The notes below the pieces were generated by a model. That model saw nothing but the letters and a program-made list of their open reading frames with translations. It did not search any database and was not told the origin of the DNA. A program made the position numbers and the translations under genes. A stretch of DNA of 64,000 nucleotides from Lepidodermella squamata (taxonomy: Eukaryota > Animalia > Gastrotricha): NCBI GenBank assembly GCA_047495785.1, contig JBLDXI010000048.1:124001-188000 (forward strand). Direction: 5' to 3'. Positions 48,733 through 60,763 of the stretch are shown piece by piece (position 1 is the stretch's first letter; each line of letters starts with the position of its first letter).

Positions 48733-51700
48733 TCATTTTTTGGAAGACCTAGTCTCAGTCGGCTCAGCCTGGCCTGAGACAAACATGTGCACACTGGAAG
48801 AGGAAGACCCAGCCAAATCTTGGTTGCTGTTCAGCATGCGTTGGGCCATTGCCGAGCCGACAATTCCAGCGAGTTGGAACACTTCGAATCGCGAGTAGAG
48901 CGCAACGACCTGGCACGCTTCGCCCGGCGGCGCGTCAGCCATCCAATTCGCGATTTCGGGGTAGAAATTCGGGTAGGACGGCAGGGCGTAGAATACAATA
49001 TTTCTCACTCCGCGAATTCGAAATCTACAATACAAATAATTGAGATTTATCTGAATTCAACTCAGAAATAATCAGGAAATTCAAATTATGCCGACTGTTA
49101 AGTATGGTCACGGCCTGTCTATTAAAGTGGACCTAAAACCCCGAACACTATTAGAGTTAATCCTGAACCTCGACTACCCATGAAAAAGCCGCTCGATTAG
49201 TAAGCCATAGATGCCAGAAAGGCCAAGAACGACTGCGCCAGTTGAGAAAAAGGCTAAACCCTCTCGACATGTCATTAATCGGCGTACCCAATGACGGGTA
49301 ATGTATTTTACTGACAATGACTCCGGCATTATTCAAAAGGACCGTTTTGAATTTCATTCTGGGCAGTGCAGACAACTTTGCTAGGGCGATTGGCGCACAT
49401 GGCCTGGCTGTTGACGGAAACCGAGAAGCAATGCTCGCAACTTTCGGTTATCGAGTTCTGTTTTCATTAAAGATATCGGTGCCATTTTTACCTGAAGGGC
49501 CTTATAGATTCACAGATAGCGGGCGGTTGGAAGGGTGACGACACGCAGACACTTTAGTCTGGATTTGCAGTGTCAAAGTCCACATATTTTTTGCTTCGAG
49601 ATGTGTGGTCGGGGCGGTGGGGTGGTCGAGAATTTTTTTATCATTTAATAATTTCTCGTGAGCATTATTCCCCCTTTAAAATATTCTTTTTTCATGACTA
49701 AAACGCGTAAAATCGCGGCAAAGGAAGCGGCAATTCAAGCCACAAAAGATGCGGCAATTCTTGAGGATAAGGATCGCAATCGCAAGCAGAGCGATGCGCA
49801 GCGAAAGAGTGCTCGAGAAAACGTGGCAAACACACGAAGAAAGGTTCAAGATCCGGCCGCTCCTGTTTAGCTTCTTCATGCGAGTAAAGCTATGAGCTAT
49901 GTGATGAATTAAGAGCTGAGAGGCTCAATAAAAAGTAAAACAAATGCGGTTATTTTCGTTACGTTTTCAGTGCGGTTAACCCGGGTCATGTCCTCTGATG
50001 ATCGGCCCGGCCGGCACAAAAATTTTAACCGCGGCATATCTAATCCATAAGGCTATCCGGAATCCTCTGGGGCCATTCGATTTGGAAAGAAATCTCGGTT
50101 TCGGTTTTTAGAGATCTCACTCTAAAGGCGAATCAGCTAGCCATCGATGAGCCGGTATCAAAGAAGAAACGAGCAAGCGATATTTTCGCCATGATTAGCT
50201 GCTTGGAGCTGCCAGCTGTCAGAGCGAATCGATTGAAGATCGCGTGAAAGGAGCTTGATGATTATCGCGAATTCAAATTCTAGCAGCTTTCTGAGCGCGA
50301 TGAGTTCGGCAGGTCCAATCCATTACGTTTTATGAAGTGAGTAATCTATACCTTCAGGAGTTTGAAAATTGAGAACTGAAATTTCCTAAACTAAAAGAAT
50401 GCCAGCAGCGGCGAGTCAGAGCGGCACTTCTCGTTTGCTGGGCATGTAGTTACTGGCGACCGTGGCAGCCTGGCCGCTGACTCAGTGGAGGCCTGCGTTG
50501 TTCTGAAAGAGGCTTTATCAAGAATTTGTGGCCGGCTCTCATTGCCGCAAAAATTTCTGCAGATTGAATGTTATTGATTGCCTTGTAATTGCGGAGAAGA
50601 TGAAGGATTGCCGATGGGTGACATGGGGTTCGGTGGAGTCGGCTTTTCCCCACCTGTTGTACCTCCGGCGGAATGCCGCGTGTACTTCCAGCGCGTGCTT
50701 ACCACGATCGGAAACGGCCGAAACTCGTTTTATCACCCTCTCAAACCCTGAGGAAGTCTACATAATGTGAATGCCGAGTTTCTCATCGACTACACCCTCC
50801 CATACTTATATAAGCTTGCTATAAAAGAGTATCAACGTACCGTTTGAAGAAGTGCATTCGTTCTGTGTACAGCAAAAACGTGATTTTGCCATGGAAAAAC
50901 AAGCTGCGAACGCGGGACACTTGACTGTCTTTCGTGTATCTGAAACATCGGAAACAATCAAAGATGTAAACAGTCAAAAATCAGAGAAACCTGCTACAAT
51001 AGATGTAAGCACGAAGTATCAAAATGACCAAAACGAATTTGTTTTATTTCACACCCTCCGTTAGGCAATGTGATGTTAAACTAAAAAAGATAGGGGACGA
51101 AGTACTATAATCTATTTTTAGAATTTGAACATCTTAGTGGGAATAATAAATTGCTGCATACATTTCGAGTGCTTAATGGTCATATTTTGAGTATATGAAA
51201 GCATATCACGACATGTTAGAGGCATAATGAGCTCGTTAAAATTGCTAAATGTAATAGGCATTAACTGTACGAGCGAAGTTAGAGCAATGCATTAATTATG
51301 AAGTTAATCTCAAATAGGATTGTTTCACCATCAATTATGAAATTTTGCATATTTCTTGGAAGGAGTAGCGTTGCACAGCTAAATGCTCGAATAAACTAAG
51401 AGCTATATAAGACCTAAAAGAACCAATGAAAGAAAGCATAAAAAATCCCCCATCTTTGATTGATAAAAATTCGAAAGCCGCATGTTCCTAGCCTTCGTAT
51501 TTTTCAAGCAGTTGAGCAGTAAATATTTCACTGATAATATGACACTAATAATAGCGATACTGAAAGGAAGTGTTACTCTGGGTCCGTGAGGCGTGTCGTT
51601 CGTGTGTTATCACGCCGTCATCTAGCCACGTACTCTTGACATTTTTGTCTCATTTGTTAGCCACGCCCTTCCCCTATTAATAGCCAACCAAAACATATTC

Positions 51701-54229
51701 AGGAATAAATTATTCCGAAAAATATGAACGTGAAAAATTCAAGTTTTTAGATTTTATTTTTTTCCTATAATAAATTTGACAAATGTGTCTGTGAAAAATC
51801 TGAGAAATTTAGTATTGACATAATAACTACTCTAAGCGTCATCAGTGACAATTGAGTTATTGACAATTGAGGCAGCTAAAAAATCGTTTAACATGTTTAA
51901 TAAAAAATAAAAAATCTATAAAATTTACTAAAAATCTGAGTTGCTTTAGTTACGTTAAATGTAAGATTTTCCTGAAATACTTACTCAGAAATCCACAGGC
52001 AGTTGAACTGCTCGCGTTTGCAGTAATTTCTCAGCCGCACATAGTCGAAATACGACGGAATAAAAATGATCGTGTGGCTCAGCTGCGAATCCACGATACC
52101 AGGCAGTACTTTGGTCGTAAAATACTCGAACCGCTTATCAGCCGCCGTCGACAAATCGCCCACGGCGTCATCCAATCGATGAAACAACTGCGGCGAAACA
52201 TGAGCAACATCCCCGATCGAGCCGTTTTCAACCAGTTTCGACACGAAAATCCGGCCGTTTCGATTGAACGAAAACTTCGTCATGAACGCGTTGAATTCCG
52301 GCAACATAACGCTGGATAGCAGCACTGTTTGCCGGTAGAATTTCGTCACGCCATTCAGCGCCCACATGCGCACTCGGCTGAAATCGACATCGTGCGGCTG
52401 TTTCGGCATTTCATTCAAATCTTTCATCACGGCGAGGACATGCTCCCAGTTCTGCATGAACAACACGTCGCCGTGGTCGATAATCAACATTTCGATCGAA
52501 CTCAGAAAATCGAACAGCGCTTCTTCACTCGACGCGACGCCTTTCAACGTCGGGTTGTTATCTCTCGGCGTGATTGACCTCAGCCCTAATGGACTGGCGA
52601 TTATTAGGTCTGACGCGTAGAAATCGGTGAACAGTTTCAACGTTCGTTTTGAAACGCTGAGGCCAATGCGAAAATTGTCGTCGCAGTTGCCGGAGAATAG
52701 CCGGTCGAAATCGGACGGCGTGTCGCGGAAATTGCGCGCCTTCCGCTGGCCGGGCTCGGTCGCGTATTCGACGCTGAATCGCCGCCGGTTCGACACGACT
52801 AGGCGCTCTTCTTCGGCGAGAAGCGACCACAGCGTTTGAACGACGCGGGCGCAGGTTTCGCGGAACGGCAGAAGGACGAGAATTCGGGCTCGCGTGAGGC
52901 CTCGATCTCGGTATTCGCGCTCAGTTTGATCTAAAAACAAAGCGAGGTTTATTTTAAATTTTCGAACAACTGAGTGAAAACTCAAGAAATAACTCGAAAA
53001 TTTTCTAATTAGGGTATAATTTCAAAGTCTAACAATTTTTTCACAAAATTTTCAATTTTAGAAATTAAATCTCTCCCGAATTTTCAAAATTTTCTGAAGA
53101 AATTTCCTGATTAAGTTAGGAAAAATAAAATTATCGAAATTAAAACGCGTTTGAATTCAATTTTTAGATCGAATTTTTGAATTTAGAAGCATCAAACTGC
53201 TTTTGAATTTTTGTTGAGAATCGAACCAAACCGATTTTTGCCGAAGTTCTTCAAAATTTCACTCTTCAAAATTTCTAATATAAATTCAGATTCAGCGTAA
53301 AATGTTGAGGTAATTAAATTTATTCAACCCGCCCTTAGATATTTTGAAGTTTTACACGTTTTTACAATAAATGGAGACAACTCACTTTTCTTATCTTTCG
53401 ATTTCGCCGCATTTTTTAACGCAGTGTTATTCAGCGCCACAATTTTCCGCGATTTCAACAGGTGGTTCAGAATATGAAGGCAGTAAACGAGCCGCAACTC
53501 TTCACAGTTATCCAAGTTGAATTTCGGCGTCGATAAATCGATGTAATTATTCAGCGCCACGAAAAATTCGTATTGAACAGGCGTCATAAGGCCGTTCAGT
53601 TTCGCCTGGCTTTGTGACTCGAGTTTCTCCAAAAATTTCGCATTCAACTGCCGAAATCTCGCGATTAACGTCTGCCGAACTTTCATCTGCTTCGCATCGC
53701 TGAACAAATCTGGATTTACAGCGTCTGAAATTTTGAAATTCGGCCCGCTCGGCTGGAATCGCGATAAATTCGAGTATGAATAAAACCCGGGCGATAGGAA
53801 CTCGGCATCGGTAATCGTCGAGCGTTGAAAATTCAGCTTTTCCCGACTCAACGAGTCGTCGCTCAGCTCGAGGCCGTAATGCGCGATGAAAGGGTCGTTC
53901 GAGCGAGACGCCGTGAAAGTGGTCACCGAACCGCCGTCCACCGTCGACGTGCCATCGTCGTCTTCATCGTCCGAGTTTATCTGGTCGTTTTCGTCCTCAA
54001 AAATCTCCTCCTGCTTCTCCTCCTCTTCGATCTCTTGTGGTTCAGTTTCTTCCTCTGCATCGGAATTTTGCGACTCGGATGAGGACGAGGCTGAATTTTG
54101 GCGTTTCTTCAATTTTTTCCTACTGTCTTTCTTCTTTTTCGCGTCTTTAACGAGGCAAGAAACGAGCGTTTTCAGCGAGTCGGCCGATGGATTTTCTTCC
54201 AATTCAATTACAGGCTTTCGTTTTGACAT
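48733..54229 (-). CDS. UTP25: U3 snoRNA-associated protein 25 / DIEXF (exons about 54229-53386, 52930-51986, 50939-50842, 49025-48733)
   Basis: YCLHILNH, RDRGLTR.RILVLLPFR, FSGNCDDNFRIG, DFYASDLIIASPLGLR, FLSSIE, MQNWEH, IFIPSYFDYVRLRN; a small exon missing from the ORF track encodes LLYTERMHFFKR; then FRIRGVRNIVFYALP. Confidence 0.93.
50130..50482 (+). mobile_element. hAT transposase C-terminal dimerisation-domain fragment (UTP25 intron)
   Basis: ASSGESERHFSFAGHVVTGDRGSL matches hAT (P)ASS..SER.FS.AG...T..R..L; upstream ELDDY and NPL segments. Confidence 0.7.
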
Positions 54230-54913
54230 TCAATTTAAATATTCTTAAAATCTAAAATTACAGCCAAATCGATATATTCAGGTATTTTAGGTCATTTTTC
54301 ATTGTCAAAGCACGTAATTTTCCCAAGTTACAAATATAATAACCGCAGCAAATTTTCATTTGGTTTCACTATTCAAATTGATTTTAGACACTAAAATTTA
54401 GGAAACTAATTTACCTTTGTTTTAATTTTTTGAAGTATCCTAAAAATTCACTGTCATCTTAATTTTATCAAAAATTAGACCAGACCGAAACCAAACCCCA
54501 AATTCCAGTTTCAAACTTCAATTTTTTCACCTAAAATTGTCAAAAAAATGACAATTTGCTGCGGCCTAGTGCATTCAACATTTCAAGAGCTCGAAGAAGA
54601 CTTTGAACAATAGCAAAAGCAATAGGTATACTTCACACTGGGATTATGATATGCACGAGTTTTATGTATCGGCGGAATATTCAAGCTGTTGTGGTGAATA
54701 TTAGAAGGAAAGAAAGAAAGGCTCAAATAACATTTTTTGGATACACAAGTTCAAAATACAAAAAAGCCCTCACTCTTTGAGTCAATAATAATTACCCGTG
54801 AATAATACTGAGATGATTACATACAAAAATGTGATGTATGGTGGAAAAAACAGTTGAGATAGCGATATTTCAAGTTTTCAAGCACCCATTTAGCATTTCA
54901 GATCCACTTGTAG

Positions 54914-57900
54914 TCATGACCTCGACTCGTCGTCGTCTTCATTTTTTCTAATAAAATTGCACAATTTTCGAGACGTCGATACGTCGCTTATATTATTAAC
55001 GCCCGCTGCCGCCGCCGCATCGTCGGGCAAGCGGGCGATGGGCACGACGCCAGGCCGGCCGTGGGCGCAGTGGAACGGGTCGCTGCACTGGCGCAGGGCC
55101 ATCAGGATGCCGGCGCACTGGTCACGTGACAGCGGCGTGTTGGCTTTGATGGCGCCGCGGCAAGCCGACGATTTCATGGCTTCGACGACGCACGGCACAT
55201 CGTACAGCCGGGTGTAGCGCTTCGGGTTCGATAACACCTCGGCTATCACTTGATTGACCAGTTGAATCAGTTGCCTAACAAATAAATTCGATTTGATTAA
55301 TATTTCGAAATAATTTTAAAATTTCGAGATGATAATTCCCTGGCAATGCCATAATGGCATAAGAGGACACAGTGAAACCCCGAATATTTGGTTCCGCGTT
55401 GACCGGCGACCTTTACTCAGCAAAATTTTCAAGCCTTTGCTAGCCATGAAGCAACCCTCACCCATTGCTATCCTGCAAGACAAAATGACGGCAAAGCGAA
55501 GTACCGGGCAACTTCTTGCGATCGCTGGATAATTCGCCCAATTGGCGATTGGAGAATAGAACTGTTGAAGATGATTTGGGTATTCTTAGTATTCTTAGTT
55601 CTCAAGTTTATATGTCGCAGGGCAAACAGTTAGGTATTATCTGCTATAATTGTTCCGCGTCCTACTGAAACCAGGCGAAAAATCCATCCCTGTTGCCTTC
55701 AAAAGATCTCACTATCCTTTGAAATTTTGCTTTGAGTTGACGGCGAATAAGGCACAAGGAAAAACTTTTTCCCGTGTTGGGGTCTTCATTCACCGGTCTT
55801 CACGCATGGGCAAAACTGTGTCGCTATCGATGACTATCAGCGAGCTGCTATGGATCCCTGTAAATCTGGAACTCGTGTCTCATCCGCGAATGGCGGGCGT
55901 CACAAGCGTAGCCGGAACGATCCGAAGGGCTTTAACTGTGGTCGTGGTGCTCACACCAGGCGAGAATGTTGGCAGCCTCCTTCCAAATGTAGGCGGTGCG
56001 GAGAACCAGGTCGTATGCGGAGATACTGCCGCAGGATGTCGAGGCACGTCTGGACGTACATTCGCGTGTGAGTATCTGCGACATCTGTGTCGCCACCGAA
56101 TATTACAGTCGATTTATTATTTATACCATTTCTAATTAGTACCGCTTATAATAATACCGATTATTACTAGCGGCGGGCCACGTGGTACCGCATAGATGTC
56201 GTTGCAAAGTAACAACGGAAAACGACTGGACTTTGCTTTACAGAACCCAGACGGAAACTTCACCAGTACTCACCGCCTTACTTCCAACGCAAATGACGGC
56301 GATTTACCAAAAATGGTGAAATTACGAAAATATAACGCACATGTGTGGCGAATTACTTTCCCAATAACCAGCTATGGCACATTACTAGGATTCAAACGGG
56401 AAAAGGACATCATCCCCTTCGATGACGACATCGATCTCATGGCATCACCGTATGCATCACTTCGAGAAATTGACCAACATTTATGAAAGCGATGCAACCA
56501 TGAACAGAAACGCTGATCTACGGCGTATAAAGTTCAAGACGGCCAGCGGTAAATTTTGCTACTGAAGAAATCGACGTAGGTTTCTAATTTTTAATTCAAC
56601 TTGAGTAATTCATAGCCGAAAAAGCTGACCAATGCATCAATAAAATTGAAAGCGTATAATAATGAAATATTAAAATATAAACTGCCGCCAATGGTTTGGC
56701 AGTCACAGGAATCGGCTCAGCAGCCACAACCTCAGCATCAGTCTGAGCAATTCCACGAGGACCAGCAAAAGCGATGGAAGCGGAATACGTGACAAACGAT
56801 TACCGAGAGACAGTTTTTAAAATCGCCGTTAATTTAAAATCAAAATTGAGGATCAGCTCAGCTCTGAGCGAGAAATTTACTATGGGGTTCCTCAAGGCTC
56901 GCACCTCGGCCCTCTATTCTTCATATTCTTTACAGCAGACATGCAGCCTATGGAGGTTAAGCCGGACGACGGAAAACCGCCGAGTGGCAACATATGCCGA
57001 TGATGCCCTTAACTGGGCTTACGGAAAGTCCTTACTAGACTGTGTTCGCCGACTTTAGTCTCAGTTGAACAATACCTTCAGCTGGTGCAGACGTTGGCGC
57101 CTCATCTTGTACCCAGATAAATGCGACGCCATACTCTTCGGGTACCACAACTCATCGCCTTTGATTAATCTGAAGCTGGGAAGCCATATATCTGAGATAC
57201 CAGCTAAAGCAAGGCCTGGAGCAGGCATGCTTCGGGGCATCATGGCACGCCGAGTTCTAGGAAATCACCTGGGCATGCTTTTCTATAAATCTATGTCAGA
57301 AAGCGTTTCAACAATAATGAGGACCCTTAGTTACAAGATGCCAATTTGATTTAATAATCGTTTTCAGTCTACTTTCATCAATTCATCAGTCGAATGGCAA
57401 ATCAAAAGAAATTTTCCTTCCCTCTACCTTAAGTCGAGTATCAGTTTTGGCTGGCCACAGGACCCCATTGCGTAGTCAATTGCTCTCCGGCCTGATCTTG
57501 CTCATCAAAGTCATCTGCAAACAGATGGTCAATCCAAATAAATTTTATCTACGAACTCACTGCGTGTGAAAAACAGCCTTCCCAGTGTGTATAAACTTCA
57601 GTATTACTTTCGCCAGTTTTGATATTACTCGGGCTATTTATTCGTCGGCGCGGAAATGACGGAGAATAACGGGGTTTCACTGACCCCAAATATGGTTTCA
57701 AAGGTCCATCGAGCATCGAATAAACAAATTTAAAGAACATGAAGCCGCATTAATTTATAGACAAAAATCAATTGTTGACAAATCGACCACGTTGATCATT
57801 GCTAATTCTATTTCACTCACATTTTATCAACTTGTTGCCGATCAGAGTCGAAGATATCGATCAAAACATCGGGAATCGCGTCGATTCTCGCGTTGCCACC

Positions 57901-60223
57901 ATCGCCCAGTCGATTCAGTTCGAAGCCGAGCCGCGGCCACTGAACGCAGTCGAACGCAAAACTGTCACTGAGTCGATCGATCGCCAATTCGGACCCGCAA
58001 ATCGGCGAAAAATCGCGGCGTAACTTCGGCTCTCGGCCCAACAATCGATCGAGGCGAATTCGCTCATGCGCCGCGTGCTGGTCGATCGCGACTAGAATTT
58101 TCGACGAATTTTTCTCCAACGAACACATTATGACGGTATCGCTAAATTGGCCAATCAAGCGCAACGCGTTCAAATCACGCCTCGTCAGCACAAATTTCTC
58201 ATCCATCTGACTTAGAATCGGCTTTTTCGAACACTCCGAAAATGACATTACGGGCATTGCGGGCGGTTTGAAGTAAATTGGCAACAAATTTTTGTGGCCG
58301 ACTTCTTGATTTTCGTCATTACTCTCCTGTGATGAGCTGCTGCTTGATCTAGGCTCGAATTCTGAGTGAAAATCACCACCCCGGCTTTGGACTCGGTTGT
58401 ATTTCACGAAATGTTTCGGCTTTTCAACCGGAATTTCGGCAACATTTTCGAGGCAATTTTTGACAAAAGCGGCGATACTCGATTTCAAAAATCGTTTCAG
58501 CGCCGGTAAATTGCGAAAATTCGCCTCGTAACCGCAATCGAGCCAATCGAGACCGACCTGTTGGCAGGGGATTTTTATCGAAATCAGGAAACTGAACGAT
58601 CGCCGGTCGTGGCCGACGTAGCTTTTCGATAGTAATCGATCGATTAGGTCGTATAGGGGTGAAGTTCGAGAAATCGGTGATTTGTTGACCAGAATTAGTT
58701 TAGCCGTGTGCAGATGCGCCTCGCTGAGTCGTTTCGTTGAAATGTAACCGCTTATCGCATAGCCTTTCGCATCGTTGGCCTAAAATATTCATAAAAAAAA
58801 ATCATTTCTTTTTCCTATAAATTGAACGAATTCCATAAATGAATTTCTGAATATCAGCATTACATGATTTTAATAGCTTGATAGCTAATTCATGGCTACT
58901 TCTTGATGGCAAACCACTGATTGAATGGGAAATTAGTTAATTCATCTTCCGGCCACTTTGAACGATCTCAATATTCGTCAATGTACGCCGAACTTGATTG
59001 ATTTTGTTAAATCCCAATTCAGCTATATTTTCAATCTAACAACGAGGTCTTGCCCATGCAAGTCTCTGCATTTCTGAGTATCAACAAAATCCAAAAATAT
59101 TTCTGAAAAGCCCTCAACTAACTAGACAAAAGTACAACTCATGACAAAAAATAGGCCAACGTTCAAAATTCCTCGTTGCCCATGCAATGCTGCTTCGAAT
59201 GAAGTGCCTTGACTTTACAACTTATTTACGATAGGATCCATGCAACTTGCACATCTAAAACTTATATTTCATGACCAAAACGTATCAAAAAGCTATCATC
59301 TTCTTCTCACAATGCCCAGGTAAAATAAACCAATTCAATTTCAATCGCAATATCAAGACATCAAAATCAAATTTATAACACAAAATTATTTCAACTTAAA
59401 ATGTCAAAAATATCGATATTTACCGAAATTTAGTACCTATCAACTTTAATTGAAACGAGTTATTAACAATTTGGGAAATATTTTAGATTTTGTAGAATCT
59501 TACCTGGTTGCCAGATAGAAATCGAATTAGGGTAAAGTCAGATTTTTCCAGCAGTGATTTCATGCCGAGAAACGCGTCGAACCGCGACGACACAGCACCA
59601 TTCGTTTCAAGCAGCACTCGGTCCTCTCGATCTACCAACGTAAATCGCACTGAAAAGTGACCAATCGCCAAATCTTCGACCAGCTTCGCAATATTTCGCA
59701 TCTCCTCGCCGGCATCAATCGATTTTTGCCGAACAGGAACATTCGCGAATAAATCGTCGATTTTCACAAAATTCATTTTACGGTCTGAATTGTTCATTTC
59801 GAAAGTAGTCAAATTTCCGTCCGTGAATTTGAGTGAAATACACCGATCGGATCCAGTCAATAGCGGCCAATTTATCGAGAGCTGCCTCGCTAAAATCGAC
59901 GCATGGTTCAAGCAAGGCAAAAATTGCCCAATTTCACGATCCAATTGCCGCTGTAATTCCGCAAAAATTCGCTGTTTAAACACATTTCGCAGCGAATCGA
60001 TGAATTTTTTCGAAAAAGACCCGTTGTCTTCGAAGGTCAAATGCGACGATGATTCGACAGTAGAAAATGCGACTTTTATACGAATCGACGAGGCGTGGTG
60101 GCGGGTCACGCTCGAGTGGATCAGCTGGGCAATGAGATGAGCATGCGAAGTGATTCGAGCCGAGGCGGACAACAGGCGCTGGTCCTCCTCGGCAAGGCTA
60201 ACCAGCGGTGCCAATTCATTCAT
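54914..60223 (-). CDS. MLH3: MutL homolog MLH3, about 679 aa (exons 60223-59504, 58779-57821, 55274-54914)
   Basis: Endonuclease motif DQHAAHERIRL, SSACRGAIK, PFHCAHGRP; N-terminal remnants EDNG and DLFANVPVRQK. Confidence 0.88.
55650..55790 (+). mobile_element. Helitron/PIF1 helicase fragment
   Basis: FKRSHYPLKFCFELTANKAQGKTFSRVGV resembles F.R.QFP....FAMTINKSQGQT...VG. Confidence 0.75.
55925..56045 (+). mobile_element. Retroelement Gag-type tandem CCHC zinc-knuckle fragment
   Basis: (G)FNCGRGAHTRREC and CRRCGEPGRMRRYC, two degenerate CX2CX4HX4C knuckles. Confidence 0.6.
56340..56486 (+). pseudogene. LicD/fukutin-family nucleotidyltransferase fragment
   Basis: YGTLLGFKREKDIIPFDDDIDLM matches GTLLG..R....IPWDDD.D. 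Confidence 0.7.
56860..57349 (+). mobile_element. Degenerate LINE reverse-transcriptase fragment
   Basis: GVPQGSHLGPLFF, YADD, WCRRWRLILYPDKC in shifting frames. Confidence 0.8.
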
Positions 60224-60763
60224 TCAGGCCATTTAAAATATACAAAAAAGTCTCTAAAAAATGAAGAAATTCAGTGAATATGTTTATTAAATTTGAATTA
60301 TCAATATTATAAATAATAAAATGAAGGTGATCACAGATCATAAACGAGGCGTAATAAAATATCACAATACATTCGGTAGACATTAATGATAATAAATGAA
60401 ATTTGCAAAACTATATGATGATTAGAGAGAGTGTATTCGTGAAGGACTTCAGGTGCGCAAATATTTGCATCGCGATATCAGCCAAATAACACGTGGTATT
60501 CTTAGTTCATCCCATCGTCAATCCAGGGGTTTTCTTAACCATCGCATTTTGCAATTTAAATAAATTTGCTGCGACTAGAAAATTCTGATTTTCAAAGCAA
60601 ATTCAGCAAAATTTATCAAATGTTTCATCAACCAGAGGTGCTAGAAATTCAGTGCAAATCAACAAAACAATCGAAATAAGATATTTTCTCCTTTTCCTGA
60701 GATTTTAACCTGAATTGACGATTAATGCTTTCATAATGGCTGAAGAAATTCGTTTTTGCTCAT

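Noticed and set aside
49030-51985. Apparent loss of the conserved TER-HF segment of UTP25
   Set aside because: A 98-nt exon at about 50842-50939 encodes it (YTKDSQVSRVRSLFFHGKITFLLYTERMHFFKR).
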